Below the pieces are notes generated by a model. The model had not been told where the DNA came from and made no database searches. It saw only the letters and a program-made list of their open reading frames with translations. Of a stretch of 64,000 nt of DNA, positions 12,875-25,100 are shown one piece after another. Position 1 is the stretch's first letter; each line of letters begins with the position of its first letter. This stretch comes from Paraspadella gotoi (taxonomy: Eukaryota > Animalia > Chaetognatha), in assembly GCA_051294375.1 (NCBI GenBank), contig CM119270.1:3528554-3592553 (forward strand). The letters run 5' to 3'. The translations under genes were made by a program, and so were the position numbers.

Positions 12875-14855
12875 TCTTGGAAATGTCGATGCCTCTCGTT
12901 TCAGAGAAAAGCTGCCATGTTTTCGTCTTCACGGAAAAACCTTTAAGAGAGGATGAAATTGCGAAGTTGAAGAGGAGAACGTGGAGAGAAGGAAAGGGAG
13001 GAAAGGAAAGGGGAGGAAAGGAAAGGAGGAAAGAAAAGGGAGGAAAGGAAAGAGAAGAGAAGAAAGAAGGAAGAAGAAAGGAAGAAGAAGAAAGAAGGAA
13101 AAGAAGAAAGGAAGAGAGGAAAGAAAAGAGAAAGGAAAAAGAAGGAAAGAGAAGGAAAGGAAAGGGAGGGAGGAGGAAGAAGGAAAGGAAGAAAGAAAAG
13201 GAAGAGAGGAAAGAGAAGGAAATGAAAAGAAAGGAAAGGAAAGGAAAAAAGAAAGAAAGTAAGGAAGGAAAAGAAGAAAAGGAAAGGAATAAGAAGGAAA
13301 GGAAAGAAAGAAAGGGAAAAAAAGAAAGGAAGGAAAGGAAAGGAAGGAAAGAGAAGGAAAGGAACGGAAAGGAAAGAAAAGAAAGGAAAAGGAAAAGAAA
13401 GGAAAGAAGAAAGGAAAGGAAGGAAAAAAAAAACGAAAGGAAAGGAAAGGAAAAAGGATAGAAAGGAAGGAAAGGAAGAGAAGGAACGGAAAGTACAGAA
13501 AGGAAAAGAAAGGAAAGTCAAGGAAAGAGAAGGAAAGGAAAGGAAAAGAAAGGAAAAGAAAAGGAAGGAAAAGAAGAAGAAGGAAAGGAAAGGAAAGAGA
13601 AGGAACGGAAAGGAAAAAAAAAGGAATGGAAAGGAAAAAGAAAGGAAGGAAAGGAAAGGAAAGAAAGAAAGGAAAGGAAAGGAAGGAAAGAGAAGGAAAG
13701 GAAGGAAGGAAAGGAAAAGAAAGAAAGAAAAGAGAAGAAAAATGGGGAAAAAATAAGGTGATGTGAGAGAGACGCATGAAATAAAAAGAAAAAAAGCAAA
13801 ACGGAAAAAGATTATAAGAGACAAGAAAAAAATAATAAAGAGAAAAAATAAAGTAATAATAACCAAAAATAAAAAGCGGAATAAGGTGTATTCATAAAAA
13901 TATGTGGGGGAATTTAAAAATTGAAAAGATAAAAAAAACAAAATAACAAAAACAAAGACCACGGATGAGAAGAATTTTAAAAAAAGTAAGGAAGTGAGGA
14001 AAAGAGAAAAGTAGGAAGCAAGAAAAGAAGAGATAAAGGAAGAGATTAGGAAGAGATTAGAAGAGATTAAGGAAGAGATTAAGGAAGAGATTAAGGAAGG
14101 TTATTATTGAGCCGAACTCAATAATGCGGAAAAATTTATTTGCTGAAATGCGTTTGTTTATTTATTTTTTTTTGGGGGGGGAAATATAAAAACGTCGATT
14201 TTTCACTTTTTGAATTTTTTTTTTAAATCCCGAAGAGACGAAGAGGAAGTTAAATTTTGGTCGGTCGTTCTTTTTTTACCATAGCAATGACTTTAATTTT
14301 GAATGCAAGGTTTAAAGAAATAAACCAATCTCGATATTTTATATAGATTATTTAATAAAACCTGAGTAATTAGGAATTAATTCTTCGAAAGAAAAATTTT
14401 CGGAAAAAAATCGAGAAAAAGAAATCCTGAAAAAAATCTGAAATTAAAAAAAAGGTAAAGAAGATTCTGTAATTTTTTTTTGTTTACTCGATTGCGAAAA
14501 ATTTACTCCGTTTTATGCTGATGTAGTTATTTGATTGGTAAACTTTTTTTGCGTTTTATTGGTTGGCATCCCGCAATTGGTGAAGCAGCGAAAAAAATAA
14601 CAAAAAAATAGTTTCTTACTTTCAATACAATAACCAGGAAAACCATAGTTTAACTAAGTTATAAAATAGAATGACTGACCAACAATAATAAGTATATAAT
14701 AATAATACAATATAATTATATATAATATAATAATAAGTTCTCAAACGAAATGCCAGAATGCTGCGCCTCACAGTATTGACAGAATTATCTCACTGTTTCG
14801 CTCTTGACTCTGTTTTCTGCTCTCACCTCTATTAGTGAGAAAAAACTCTTACAAA

Positions 14856-14894
<39 letters not shown>

Positions 14895-15628
14895 CACGAC
14901 GACGACCACCAAGGGAAAACCGCGCAAAGAGCGAATCTATTCCGAAATCTTCTTGAGCTAAAAATAGCCTCCACCCCATGCACCATAATGTTGCGCACAA
15001 TGCGCAGTTTCTTCTCCCCTCACTCTCTTTTTTTTTCAATTCGCTCATTGGTTTTTGTTAGACTTAGATTAATTATAAATATGTTTTTTATAGTTTAAGT
15101 TAGTGCAGAATGAAGAAACTGATAAACTGATAAAGATGAAAGGAAGAGAGAAAAAAAAACGAATATAAAGTCAGAAAAAAAATCAAATGAGCGTCGATTC
15201 GTCTTTGTGAAGTGAAAGATGAAACGTGAGAGTATTTTCACAGGAGACGTGAAAGTTAAAGAAAAGAAAGAAAGAAGGAAAGAAACAGAGACAGATAGAG
15301 AGAAAAAACGAAAGAGAAAAAAAAAGAGGGAAGGAAAATAAGGAAAGAAAGAAAGAAAGAAAACCGGAAACAGGAAACAAAAAAATAAATAACAAAACAG
15401 AAAAAAAGAAAAGGAAAGAGCGGAAAAAAAAAGGAAGCAAGAAAGGAAATAGATAAAGAAAAAAAAAAGATAAAAAAAGGAAAGCGAGAATGAATGGTGA
15501 AAGCCTTTTATGCAGTTCAACTTTTCGAAACGAGGTCGTCATTTTCTTCTTGTTTTTTTTTCTTCTTTTTTTCTTTCTTTTTTTTCTGACTTCGTCCTCC
15601 TTCAGGTTTTTCTAGTCAGAAAACGATT

Positions 15629-15769
<141 letters not shown>

Positions 15770-16013
15770 CAAACTTCCCTCGAAATGTATATCGAATTTA
15801 AAATTTCCATTCGGTCGACGATTTTTATGGAGAAAAAAAATATATAAGGAAAACAAACTCGATATATGGAAGTTTAGTTTCATTTTTTAGAAAAAAAAAT
15901 AAGAAAAGAAAGAAGCATAATATGAAGGAAAGAAAGTGAGAGAAGAATGTCAGAGGAAGAAAAGAGGAAGAAAAAGAAGAGAAATTTAATGATTCCATTT
16001 CGGTGTCGAATTT

Positions 16014-16144
16014 TATGAAATTGGTACAACCAATATAAAAATTATCCATTCATTTAATAAATAAGCTATCTTGCCCCTGACTTGGGACAGGCTTTGGTGG
16101 TTAAAGGCCTCCATCACTCTTACAAGATAATGACATAGCAGGTC
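16014..16144 (+). repeat. Dispersed repeat family A (copies at 34930-35045 and, partially, 52218-52283)
   Basis: tatgaaattggtacaaccaatataaaaattatccattcatttaataaat..gctatcttgcccctgactt.ggacaggctttggt..cactcttacaagataatgacatagcaggtc is near-identical in two places. Confidence 0.85.
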
Positions 16145-16246
16145 CCTGCAAGCTTTCAATCAAGACTCTCTCACAGTCACAGTCACAGTCACATATTTTT
16201 ATTATTTTTTATAAGATGACAATAAATTTAAGGAAAAAAATACAAT

Positions 16247-16472
16247 TAGGGTTAGGGGGTAGAGTTGGAGGGATTAGGGATTAGGGTTAGGGATTAGGGT
16301 TAAGGATTAGGGATTAGAGTTAGAGATTATGATTTGGGTTAGGGATTAGGGATTAGGGGTAAAGGATCAGTTTAGGGTAAAGTCCTATGTTTTGGAGTGA
16401 GGGTTAAAATTAAGTTAAAATTAAGTTCTAAGATTATGAATAGAAATGGAGCGCTCTCGGAAAACAGTGCCG
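16247..16472 (+). mobile_element. MITE-like element with degenerate TTAGGG tract
   Basis: ttagggttaggg/gattaggg array followed by aatggagcgctctcggaaaacagtgcc; the same pairing recurs four more times in the window. Confidence 0.6.
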
Positions 16473-17202
16473 AAGAGTCTAGTGTATTTAACGGATTTAA
16501 AGTCTAAAAAATATTTTACATTTGGAATAAATCGATATTTTATGAATTCAAAAGAAAAAAAATTCTAAAGTAAATTGTGAGATTTCGGTCGCTTTGACCC
16601 ATGAGATTCAAAATATTTTTTTGTTTTTTTTACAAAATAAAAAAAGATTTAAACAAGTTTGAGCAAACAATGTCGGATCTGCCATACGTCAATTAATTAA
16701 TTAATTGATTAATTAATAATTAATATTGATAATTATTAATTAATAGATATTAATAATTATGATTAATTAGATTAATAATTGATATTATAATTTACTATTC
16801 AGCTTGTCATCATCGATGTCCTTAAATTGAGTCAGGACAGTTATTAAATGTTTTGTTTTACATTTTATCAAAACAACAAATATTCCTCTATTATCGAGCC
16901 AGGCGGCAAAAGCCCGTCCTGTCTCAGATTTTTTTCTGTTTAGCTTTCGGTCTCGCTTTTTGCAATCATGGCTTCTGAAAGTGTGATATCATAGGGATTG
17001 AATTTCATATATGCTTCTAATCATCAAGATCTTTTAAAATTCTCATGTTTCATATCAATATGGTATTTGGTTTATGTTTTATTTACAAAACAAAAGTGTT
17101 TAATTATTATGTCGCTCTCTCTCTCTCTCTCTCTTTTCTCCGTCACTGCTTCTTCTAGAAACGAGTTCCGGTCTTGCAGCGTCTTCCAGCTTTCTTTCTC
17201 TG

Positions 17203-17253
<51 letters not shown>

Positions 17254-17304
17254 CAAAAAATTTTTAAGTATAATGTGGGTTCACTAATGTAAAAAACGAT
17301 GCCG

Positions 17305-17372
17305 CGACAGGGCGCGAACCCGGGTCCTTTGGAGTAGAATAGCTCACGCTACGTGCGGCGCCATAAGTACTG
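17305..17372 (-). pseudogene. Degenerate tRNA-like / SINE-head fragment
   Basis: Minus strand reads tggcgccgcacgtagcg...tccaaaggacccgggttcgcgccc...tttttt: box B-like motif plus T-run, but no proper cloverleaf. Confidence 0.4.
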
Positions 17373-17784
17373 CTGATTCTTTAACGAGTAGGGCTGTAGA
17401 GCTTCTCTCTCTCTCTCTCTTTTAAATTATTATATCGCTCTTTCTCTTTTTCTCTGCAGCGGCTGTCTCTCTCCTCTTTTTCTCTCTCTCTCTCTGTCTC
17501 TCTGTCTCTCTGTGTGTGTCTGTCCTATCTGTCCGATCTTTTTGCGTGTCGTTTGTTTTTTGAAAATTCTGTTAATTTTTTTCCTTCTAAAAACTCTTTT
17601 ATTATTGCCATTTATTCCGCCTTTTTTTCAATACAAAATCCATATTTTCATCCGAGATTTCGTGGATTTATTCTCTTTCTTTCTTCTCTCGCTCTCTCTC
17701 TCTCTTCTCTTTCTCTCTCTTCTTCTCTCTCTCTCTTTCTCTCTCTCTCTCTTCTTTCACTCATACACGCATTTGTTTGTTTTA

Positions 17785-17930
17785 TTGACTATCATCGCAT
17801 CAATGAATGACATAATCGCATCAATGAATGACAATCATTTCGCAATCAAATGAATGACTATGCATCACAGCAGGTGAATGACTATCATCGCATCAATTAA
17901 TTGACTTATCATCGAATCAAATAATCAATT
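17785..17930. repeat. ~22-bp minisatellite (gactatcatcgcatcaatgaat)
   Basis: About five degenerate tandem copies. Confidence 0.75.
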
Positions 17931-18279
17931 TCCTTTACATCAATAAAGTACTAATTACATCAAAATCATTAGTTTTACCTCAATCATTACTATAGTACAC
18001 TCAAACAATGTCGTGTATCGCATGAATTCATTCGTATCTTTTTTCCGGTTTTTTATAATTGATTCGTAGTGATAGTGGGTATGGCTCTGCATCTTGAGTC
18101 TTTAAGATTTTTTATTTTTATGTCTCCTTCTCATCGCTCTCTCTCTCTCACTCTCTCTCTTTCTCTCTCAGCTCTCTCTCTCTCTTCCTCTCTCTTTCTG
18201 ACTTCTCTCTCTCTCTCTACTTTTTATGCAATAGCGACGATGCCTTATGCTTTTAAGATTTTTTTTTAACTTGCATCAT

Positions 18280-19460
18280 TTTTTTCAACTTTCATAATTA
18301 ATTTTCAACTTGCATTGCGTCAAAACTTTATATCTAGCTTATTCACTCCACTTTCTACCGGCTCACAAAATTTCATCTCAATCTATCATGGGTTAAAATA
18401 AATAAAAAGATTCAAGTAATGTGACTCATATTTTTTTCATTTAAACTCATTTCCACTGGTACGTTTCCACTGAAACTTTATATCAAGGCTTCGTCATACG
18501 TTTTCCTACCCACACACAAAATTTCAACTCAATCTATCCATCCAATTATATTAATTGGAGTAATTTATTGGTTAAAGATAAGTAAAAAGATTTTAGTAAA
18601 TTCGACATTATGTTTTTTCCATTTAAACTAATTTCCACTCACACGATTCCATCGAAAATTTTATATTCCAGACTTTATTCACACACTTTCCTACCCACAC
18701 ACAAAAATTTAATTTCCAATCCAACCAGCCAATCACGAGTTAATTGGAGCTTTTTGCTAAGAGGGACGTGGATGGACGGATTGAATTGACTAATTAATTA
18801 ATATTGATTAATTTTATTTACTAATTGATTAATTAACTGATTAATTATTTTGATTTATTAATACATCCTGCAGATACATTTAATATTCAAAAGGAAAAAG
18901 AAAGCATAATCAATTAGTAAAACAGGTTATTTTGTTTTTTTCCATTTAAACTCATTTCCACTCAAATATTTCCATCGAAACTTGATTTCCTGTTCAATCA
19001 CACACTTTCCTACCCACATACACAAAATTCAGAGTCAATCAGCCTCCACTCAATCGAGCAATTGGTGTTCAAATAGTGAATATATTTTTTTTGTTTTTTT
19101 CCAATTTAAACTAATTCCACTCGGACGATTCCATCGAAACTATATCCAGCTCAATCACACACTTACCTGATCCACACACCAAAATTTCATTTAAATCCAT
19201 CCATCCAATCACGAGTAATTGGTGTTTTTTTGCTAAGGTGGGACGGAACGGACGGTCGCCGGACGGACGGACGGACGGACGGATCGGACGGACGGAGAGA
19301 CGGAGAACGGACAGGCCGGACTCATCATTTTTTTGTGCATAATTTATCATAATTCGATGTTCTGACATGATATAAGTGTGTGCCCGACAATATTGAGGGG
19401 GCGGACCGACGGACCGAAAAAGTGAGTTATAAAAAGTGAGTTATAGAGTCGAGATCTGCT
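18280..19460 (+). mobile_element. Non-autonomous Helitron/Helentron-like (HINE/DINE-1-like) element with internal tandem units
   Basis: About six diverged units (ttttccatttaaactcatttccactc..ccatcgaaac..cacactttcctacccacacacaaaatttca), a (GACG)n tract at ~19240-19315 and a terminal gaccgaaaaagtgagttatagagtcg. Class assignment is by architecture only. Confidence 0.55.
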
Positions 19461-19499
19461 GATAAGCAGATCCGACTAAAAAAGAAGACACACAGCAGT

Positions 19500-19531
<32 letters not shown>

Positions 19532-19563
19532 GAGACGAGAGAAGAGAGAGGGAGAGAGAAAGA

Positions 19564-19607
<44 letters not shown>

Positions 19608-20039
19608 GAGAGAGAGAGAGAGAGAGAGAGACAGCGATAATTTATTTGTCCTTTTGTTTTCACGATTCCGTTTTGTTTACGTTTTGTTTTTTTTTTCCGC
19701 TTTTGACTTAAATTGTAAAATAAGCGTCTTTTCTAATTTCGGGAATTTTTGACCCGAATGTGAATACCGCACGTAGTAGAATTAAATAGTAAATAGAGTT
19801 AAATCAAAATTGACCTTTCCATCTCTCACTATGTTTGTTTTCATTGTTGTTTAATCAGTGAGAGTTGGAATCATACGAGGTAAGTTCATCCAGGCTAGAT
19901 TATCTTTAGATCCGTGAAATTGTTGTGAAGGCCGGACGTTAATTTCTCGCGTTCACGACTTGTGAATGAATCGTTTATAGAGAGATTAATCTATGACAGA
20001 AACATGATGAGTGCACAGAAGAAATACAGCCGTTTTACT

Positions 20040-20310
20040 GTCATAACGATTGTCATCATTTAAAGGTCAATGTCATCATGATTAGACTCTAAATGTCATT
20101 ATCATTGTCATCATTTGACTGTAAATGTCATCATCATTGTCATGATTTGTCTCTCTATGTCATTTATATTATTTACATTTGTCTCTCTAAGTCATCAAGA
20201 TTCTAAATATTATCATCATTTGTCATGATTTGACGAAAATGAAGAACGAAAATGAAGAAGGAAAATGAGGAACGAAAATAAAGAACGAAAACGAAGAACG
20301 AAAATGAACT
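20040..20310. repeat. Minisatellites (tgtcatcatcat-type, then 13-bp acgaaaatgaaga)
   Basis: Visible tandem degenerate copies. Confidence 0.75.
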
Positions 20311-21021
20311 CTAAATAGTTCACTCGCTCAGCGTTACGTGACCCGTAAGATGCAAATCACGTGAATATAAAAAAAAGTGAACTGGCTCAGCATAGCGCAA
20401 AACTCGCGCGACGCGAAAAAAAAAAGACAAAGTCGCGTCCGCGTGGCGTTGCTAAGCGACGAGGGAAGAGAAAGAAAAAGACCAGACGATAATGTGTAGG
20501 GATAACTGATAAGACTCTTATTAAGTGAGTGAATCCATTTAAGGTCATGAGAAGAGATCAAACAAAAGAAGAACGGAAGGAAAAAGGGGGAAGGAAACAA
20601 AAGGGCATTCTGTAGGGGAGGAGAATAAGAAAGGAAAAGGAGTGAAAAGATAGGAAAAGAGAAGAGAAGAAAATAAAGGAAAAGGAAAAAAGAGGGGAAA
20701 AAAATATGAAGCTCAACTGTTTATTATGCTAAGGAGAGAGAATAAAAATTGAAGGACAAAAATTGACAATTTAATGATTTAATGATAAATTCATAAACAT
20801 AAATTCAAAGATGGCGGATACTTTATTGAAGAACAAACAAAAGACGGTCATAAAAATAAACGGAAATTGTGGAGAAGGAAGAAAAAAGCCGGATATGTCA
20901 GTGGAAACCTGTGCGGGGACACTGACCACAGACCAGTCATTGGAGACAGCCGTGGAGCACGTGCCGAAATAAGAGAAGGGAAGTGGGGAACAGGGAAACC
21001 CTTTCTCTGTTTATAGATGGA

Positions 21022-21060
<39 letters not shown>

Positions 21061-21067
21061 AGAGAGG

Positions 21068-21106
<39 letters not shown>

Positions 21107-21636
21107 TAGGAATGCGATTGACGATGTGGAAAGTGAAAAAGAGATAAGTGGGAAGAATGGAAGGTAGAACGAAAGAAATAAGGGAGATAAAAAAAAAGAA
21201 GAGATAAGGAAGAAATTATAGGCGATGATGTTGTGGGGAATCATGAAGTACGAAAGAGTTAACATTAATAATATTATAAAATCAATTTAAAAAGATAAAA
21301 AGGATCAATGAAACCGGAAATAACAGAGGAAGAAAATTATGAAAAGGAAATCTAATTAACAACGAAAGAAAGAAAGGTTTTAATAATAATTTTACATATA
21401 CCCTTGAAAATTAAATTCGAGCTTTAAGTCAATTTTTAATTTAAAAAAAAAATATCCTAGTTCATTGACTCCGATTCCTTTCGGTCGAAAGGGAAAACAC
21501 ACGCATTTACGGACAAAATGACAAAATTCAAAATATACGGATCCGATAGAGACTCGACAATAGAGACGAAGTTTTATATCGAAAAAATGAAAAATAATCG
21601 TTTCGCTTCGATGGCAGCGACGGCGTCAACGTAGTG

Positions 21637-21679
<43 letters not shown>

Positions 21680-21783
21680 GCATTGAAAATTCGCTTTAAT
21701 ATTTTTTTCTTTTTTCTTTTTTTTTTTTTATCCTTTTGTCTTTTCGCAAAATTTTACTCGATTTATCACATGCGGGTGGTGAT

Positions 21784-21821
<38 letters not shown>

Positions 21822-22521
21822 TGGCAACAGCGACGCCGACGACGACGCCGACGACGACGACGACGACCCGGATTTCAAAGAGAAACGGCGTCTCTTAGTG
21901 AGAGTCAGCCTTCACTCTGATAGGAGTGGTAAGATTATAATAATATTATGATTACCAGCAATGATATCTTAATTTTCTGATAAGGCGCTGTCCGGAAACG
22001 TTATCTCAATTACATTTAGGGGAGATACACTGAAAGTTACTCTTTGTGAGCTGCTCACCTTGGCTTACGAATTTGATCGTTCGTCGACAGCAATGAGCAA
22101 TAAGCCAAGAGGAATTACGGTCGGGGAGAAAAAATAAACCAGATAAGAATGAGAACAATTTTGTATTCGTCCACATTTGGGCAAAGCGAGCAAAGCGGCC
22201 TTGCGTCGGGCAATCGGAATTTCTGGACTGGCAAAAATATAAACGAAAAAAACGATAATGACGACGACGCCGACGACGACGACGACGACGACGAAGAAGA
22301 AGAAGAAGAAGCAGGAAGTTGAAGAAAAGAATTTGCTCGAATTTCAAATTTGCCTTCAATGAAAAAAAAAGAGAAAAGATTCGATACTCATATTTTCATG
22401 TTTATGCTTTGTCCAAGTTTAAACTTTGAACCCCCTACTAATAGTAATACTAATACTAATAGTAATACTATCTCGCTTGTCAGTCGTTCTATTAATTAAA
22501 ACTTGTGTTAATTTGAAAGCC

Positions 22522-23250
22522 ATGGCAAAGATCTTTCATTTGAGCCCATGACGAGGTTTCTAGGCTAAATGTTATAGAAGCTGTGCTAAAATCAAAAAAA
22601 GAATCGAAATTTTATCTTACAATTCCTTTTTTTTTCCTAAAAAAATTTCTTAACCAACTTTGTTTGTGTTTTTTTTACCATGAAAACTTCAAAACAGCTT
22701 TGGAAGTCGGATTTGTCAAGATAAAGGATCGCCAAACAGTTGAATTTCTCTCCTACCGCCATCTGCAAAGTTGTCAACAAAATTGAAGCAACTGGAGACC
22801 TTGGACGAGCCGTTGGAAGCAGGTGGCCTTGCATTTCCACGGAGAGCGAGGACGATGATCTGGAAAGTCTTGCAATTCAACACAGTAAGGCTTCTGCGAA
22901 CCAGTTGAGAAAAAAATGGAGAGAAGAAAGAGGAATTGTCGCCAGTCATTCAACAATTTCTTGGAGGATGGAGATCCTGGACACTAAGCCAAAGCCACCC
23001 AAAAATGGCACGAGGAAAACGTGATCAAGGTGCTCGAAGGTTGGCCCGGAAACTGCACTGACTGCAACATCATTAGAAATGTCTGGTCAAGGATGAAAAG
23101 GGAAATTTCGCAGTTACAGTAACAGTAACATTTCGCCCTAACAGTCGACGAAATCAAAAAAATTGTAAAACGCATTTGGCGGGAGCTGATCCTTTAATAT
23201 TTGCGAAGCCTCTACAATAGAGTGGAGCACTGGGGAACATAAATTTTATT
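22522..23250 (+). mobile_element. Tc1/mariner-superfamily transposase remnant (internally deleted, with stop codons)
   Basis: HTH-like SPTAICKVVNKIEATGDLGRAVGSRWPCIST..ASANQLRKKW fused to the catalytic end FLEDGDPGH*AKATQKW..KVLEGWPGNCTDCNIIRNVWSRMKREI; compare Tc1 FQQDNAPCH..WPxQSPDLNPIENLW. Confidence 0.85.
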
Positions 23251-23307
23251 TGAGTGAGATAGTATGATTAAGGAGTACAAAAAATATTTTGCTTATATTG
23301 TTTGGGG

Positions 23308-23716
23308 AACAGTATCATTAATTACAATATATTTATAGTAATATTCTTATAAAATCATAAATTTTCAAAATAATTTTTTAAAAAATTTTTATTAAAGATT
23401 CTGATTCTTCACAAAAAGTTAGATCAAAAATATAAAATATGTTATTAAAAATTTCAATGTCTTCAGCGTCAAAACTGGAAAAAAGGTCAAATTCTTTACT
23501 TTTTTATACTTTGTAGTAGAAACTATTATATGATGAAACTTTTTAATCATTTTTCGCAGCATTAACCTAAAAATATCATGTAACATATTTTACAAAAGTT
23601 TTTCAGTTTTTTCCGGCGAATCCAAAACTGTTTTTAAAATTAAGAAAATATGATTTGGAAATTTTATGATTTTATAAGGATATTACTATAAAGAAAATTC
23701 AATTAATGATACTGTT
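23308..23716. mobile_element. AT-rich fold-back / MITE with ~80-bp imperfect inverted arms
   Basis: aacagtatcattaatt..tttatagtaatattcttataaaatcataaa at 23308 pairs with tttatgattttataaggatattactataaa..aattaatgatactgtt ending at 23716. Confidence 0.75.
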
Positions 23717-24339
23717 ATGCAAATTTTTTTTGAAAAAGGGTTTAATTATTTTTTATTACATATACAAAGGCAGCAAAAAAATATTGTTCCATCGCTCAAT
23801 CTTTTCATCACTCTACCCTACTCTACAACTCTTTCCCTCGTCTCATGGAAGCGAAATAAAACGCTTTTATCATAACTATTAAACTTTTTATTGACCACTT
23901 GTATATTGTTAAATCATCATTCTATTTTACTAATCATTGGTTATTAACTTATTATATGTGTTTTATTCGTTTACAACAAAAAGTTGAAACAGTACATTCA
24001 AAAGAGCCTACAGCATTACAGATAAACGCATAAATTGTACAGTTTACAATTCAACAAAATATAAATATTTAAATTAACCGAACGAGAAAAAAAAAGGAAA
24101 ACAATTCAACAATAAGCTGACAAGATATTTAGAATATTGTTTCTAGAGGAAAAAAGCTTGGATTCAAAGTTTTTTGATCTACAAGCAAAAATTTTGTAGA
24201 TATTATTATAAAAACGTAAAAACGTAAAAACGTTATTAGGCATTGCCTAGAGTACACTCATTTTGCCGTGTGACTTTGCGTGAGCCTTCCTTGGTATTTG
24301 AATTTAGCTAAGACAAAATTCTCATCTTCGAAACATAGA

Positions 24340-24897
24340 TTTGAAAGAGTCGTTAATTGGTATATTCAGTCATTTTGTGAATTAAATCTCTTAGTAAATT
24401 AAGTCATTTTGTGAATCAAATCTCTTGTATATTTATTTATTTTCTGAATCCGATCGCTCAGTATATTAAGTCTTTTTGTGAATCAAATCTCTTAGTATAT
24501 TCAGTAAGGTGGGCCAAAATTGAACACTTTTTATAACTTCTTGTTCTCTCAAAAACTTTTTTTTTACTTCTATTACTAATTCGAATTTCAATGCAACTTT
24601 TTGAATTAGTTCATTGGGTTAATATATAACAAATGACAATTTTTTTTTAAAATTTTATTTTTTAAGAACGGATTCCTATAGAGCTTGAAAGGTTAAATGA
24701 AAGTTAGTACTACAATTTTTTTTTAAATTTAGACAATAAATTAGTTAATATTCAGTCTTTGAGTATATTCGATTATTTTCTGAATCCAATCGATTAGTAA
24801 ATCAAATCATTTTTTGACTCAAATCCCTTAGTATTTTACGTAATTTTATTTTCCGAATCAAATATCTTAGTATATTCAGACATTTTCTGAATCAAAT
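24340..24897. repeat. ~33-bp minisatellite interrupted by a ~245-bp insertion
   Basis: tcattttgtgaatcaaatctcttagtatattcag units at 24340-24505 and 24750-24897; the insert begins taaggtgggccaaaattgaacac. Confidence 0.75.
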
Positions 24898-24898
24898 G

Positions 24899-25100
24899 TG
24901 AGACGTATTTTCTAAAAACGCCCCATTTCAGATTAAATTCAGAATACAATAAGTTTTTTTAAGTTTAAAGATTAGTTAAAAGGGCTACAGATTGGGGTTA
25001 CAGTTTAGGTTAGGGACTTGGTTAGAGATTCTGATCAATGACCAAGATTAAAGTTTCGGATTTGGAACAGAAATTGGTCGCTCTGAGCAAATAGTGCCAG
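24899..25100 (+). mobile_element. TTAGGG-MITE copy retaining both terminal inverted repeats
   Basis: Left gacgtattttctaaaaacgccccatttc and right gaaattggtcgctctgagcaaatagtgcc are imperfect inverted repeats around ttaggg-like sequence. Confidence 0.55.

Noticed and set aside
7730-13962. Long ORFs of 200-340 aa in the ORF track
   Set aside because: They are translations of GGAAA/AG microsatellite tracts (F/L/S/P or K/R/E/G only).
16247-16405. Telomere or chromosome-fusion scar
   Set aside because: The tracts are short, degenerate, recur five times and always adjoin the same TIR-like motif.
17305-17372. Possible functional tRNA gene
   Set aside because: Acceptor and anticodon stems do not pair; kept only as a SINE-like fragment.
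20811-21016. Short + strand frames (MADTLLK..; NLCGDTDH, zinc-knuckle-like)
   Set aside because: Too short, no convincing splice sites and an incomplete CCHC motif.
21639-21866. (GTC)n and (GAC)n tracts forming an inverted repeat
   Set aside because: GAC microsatellites are so frequent here that opposing pairs are expected by chance.
24340-24897. Regularly spaced ~33-bp repeats that could suggest a CRISPR array (similar at 34110-34455)
   Set aside because: No unique spacers, degenerate units, eukaryotic context and no cas genes; these are minisatellites.
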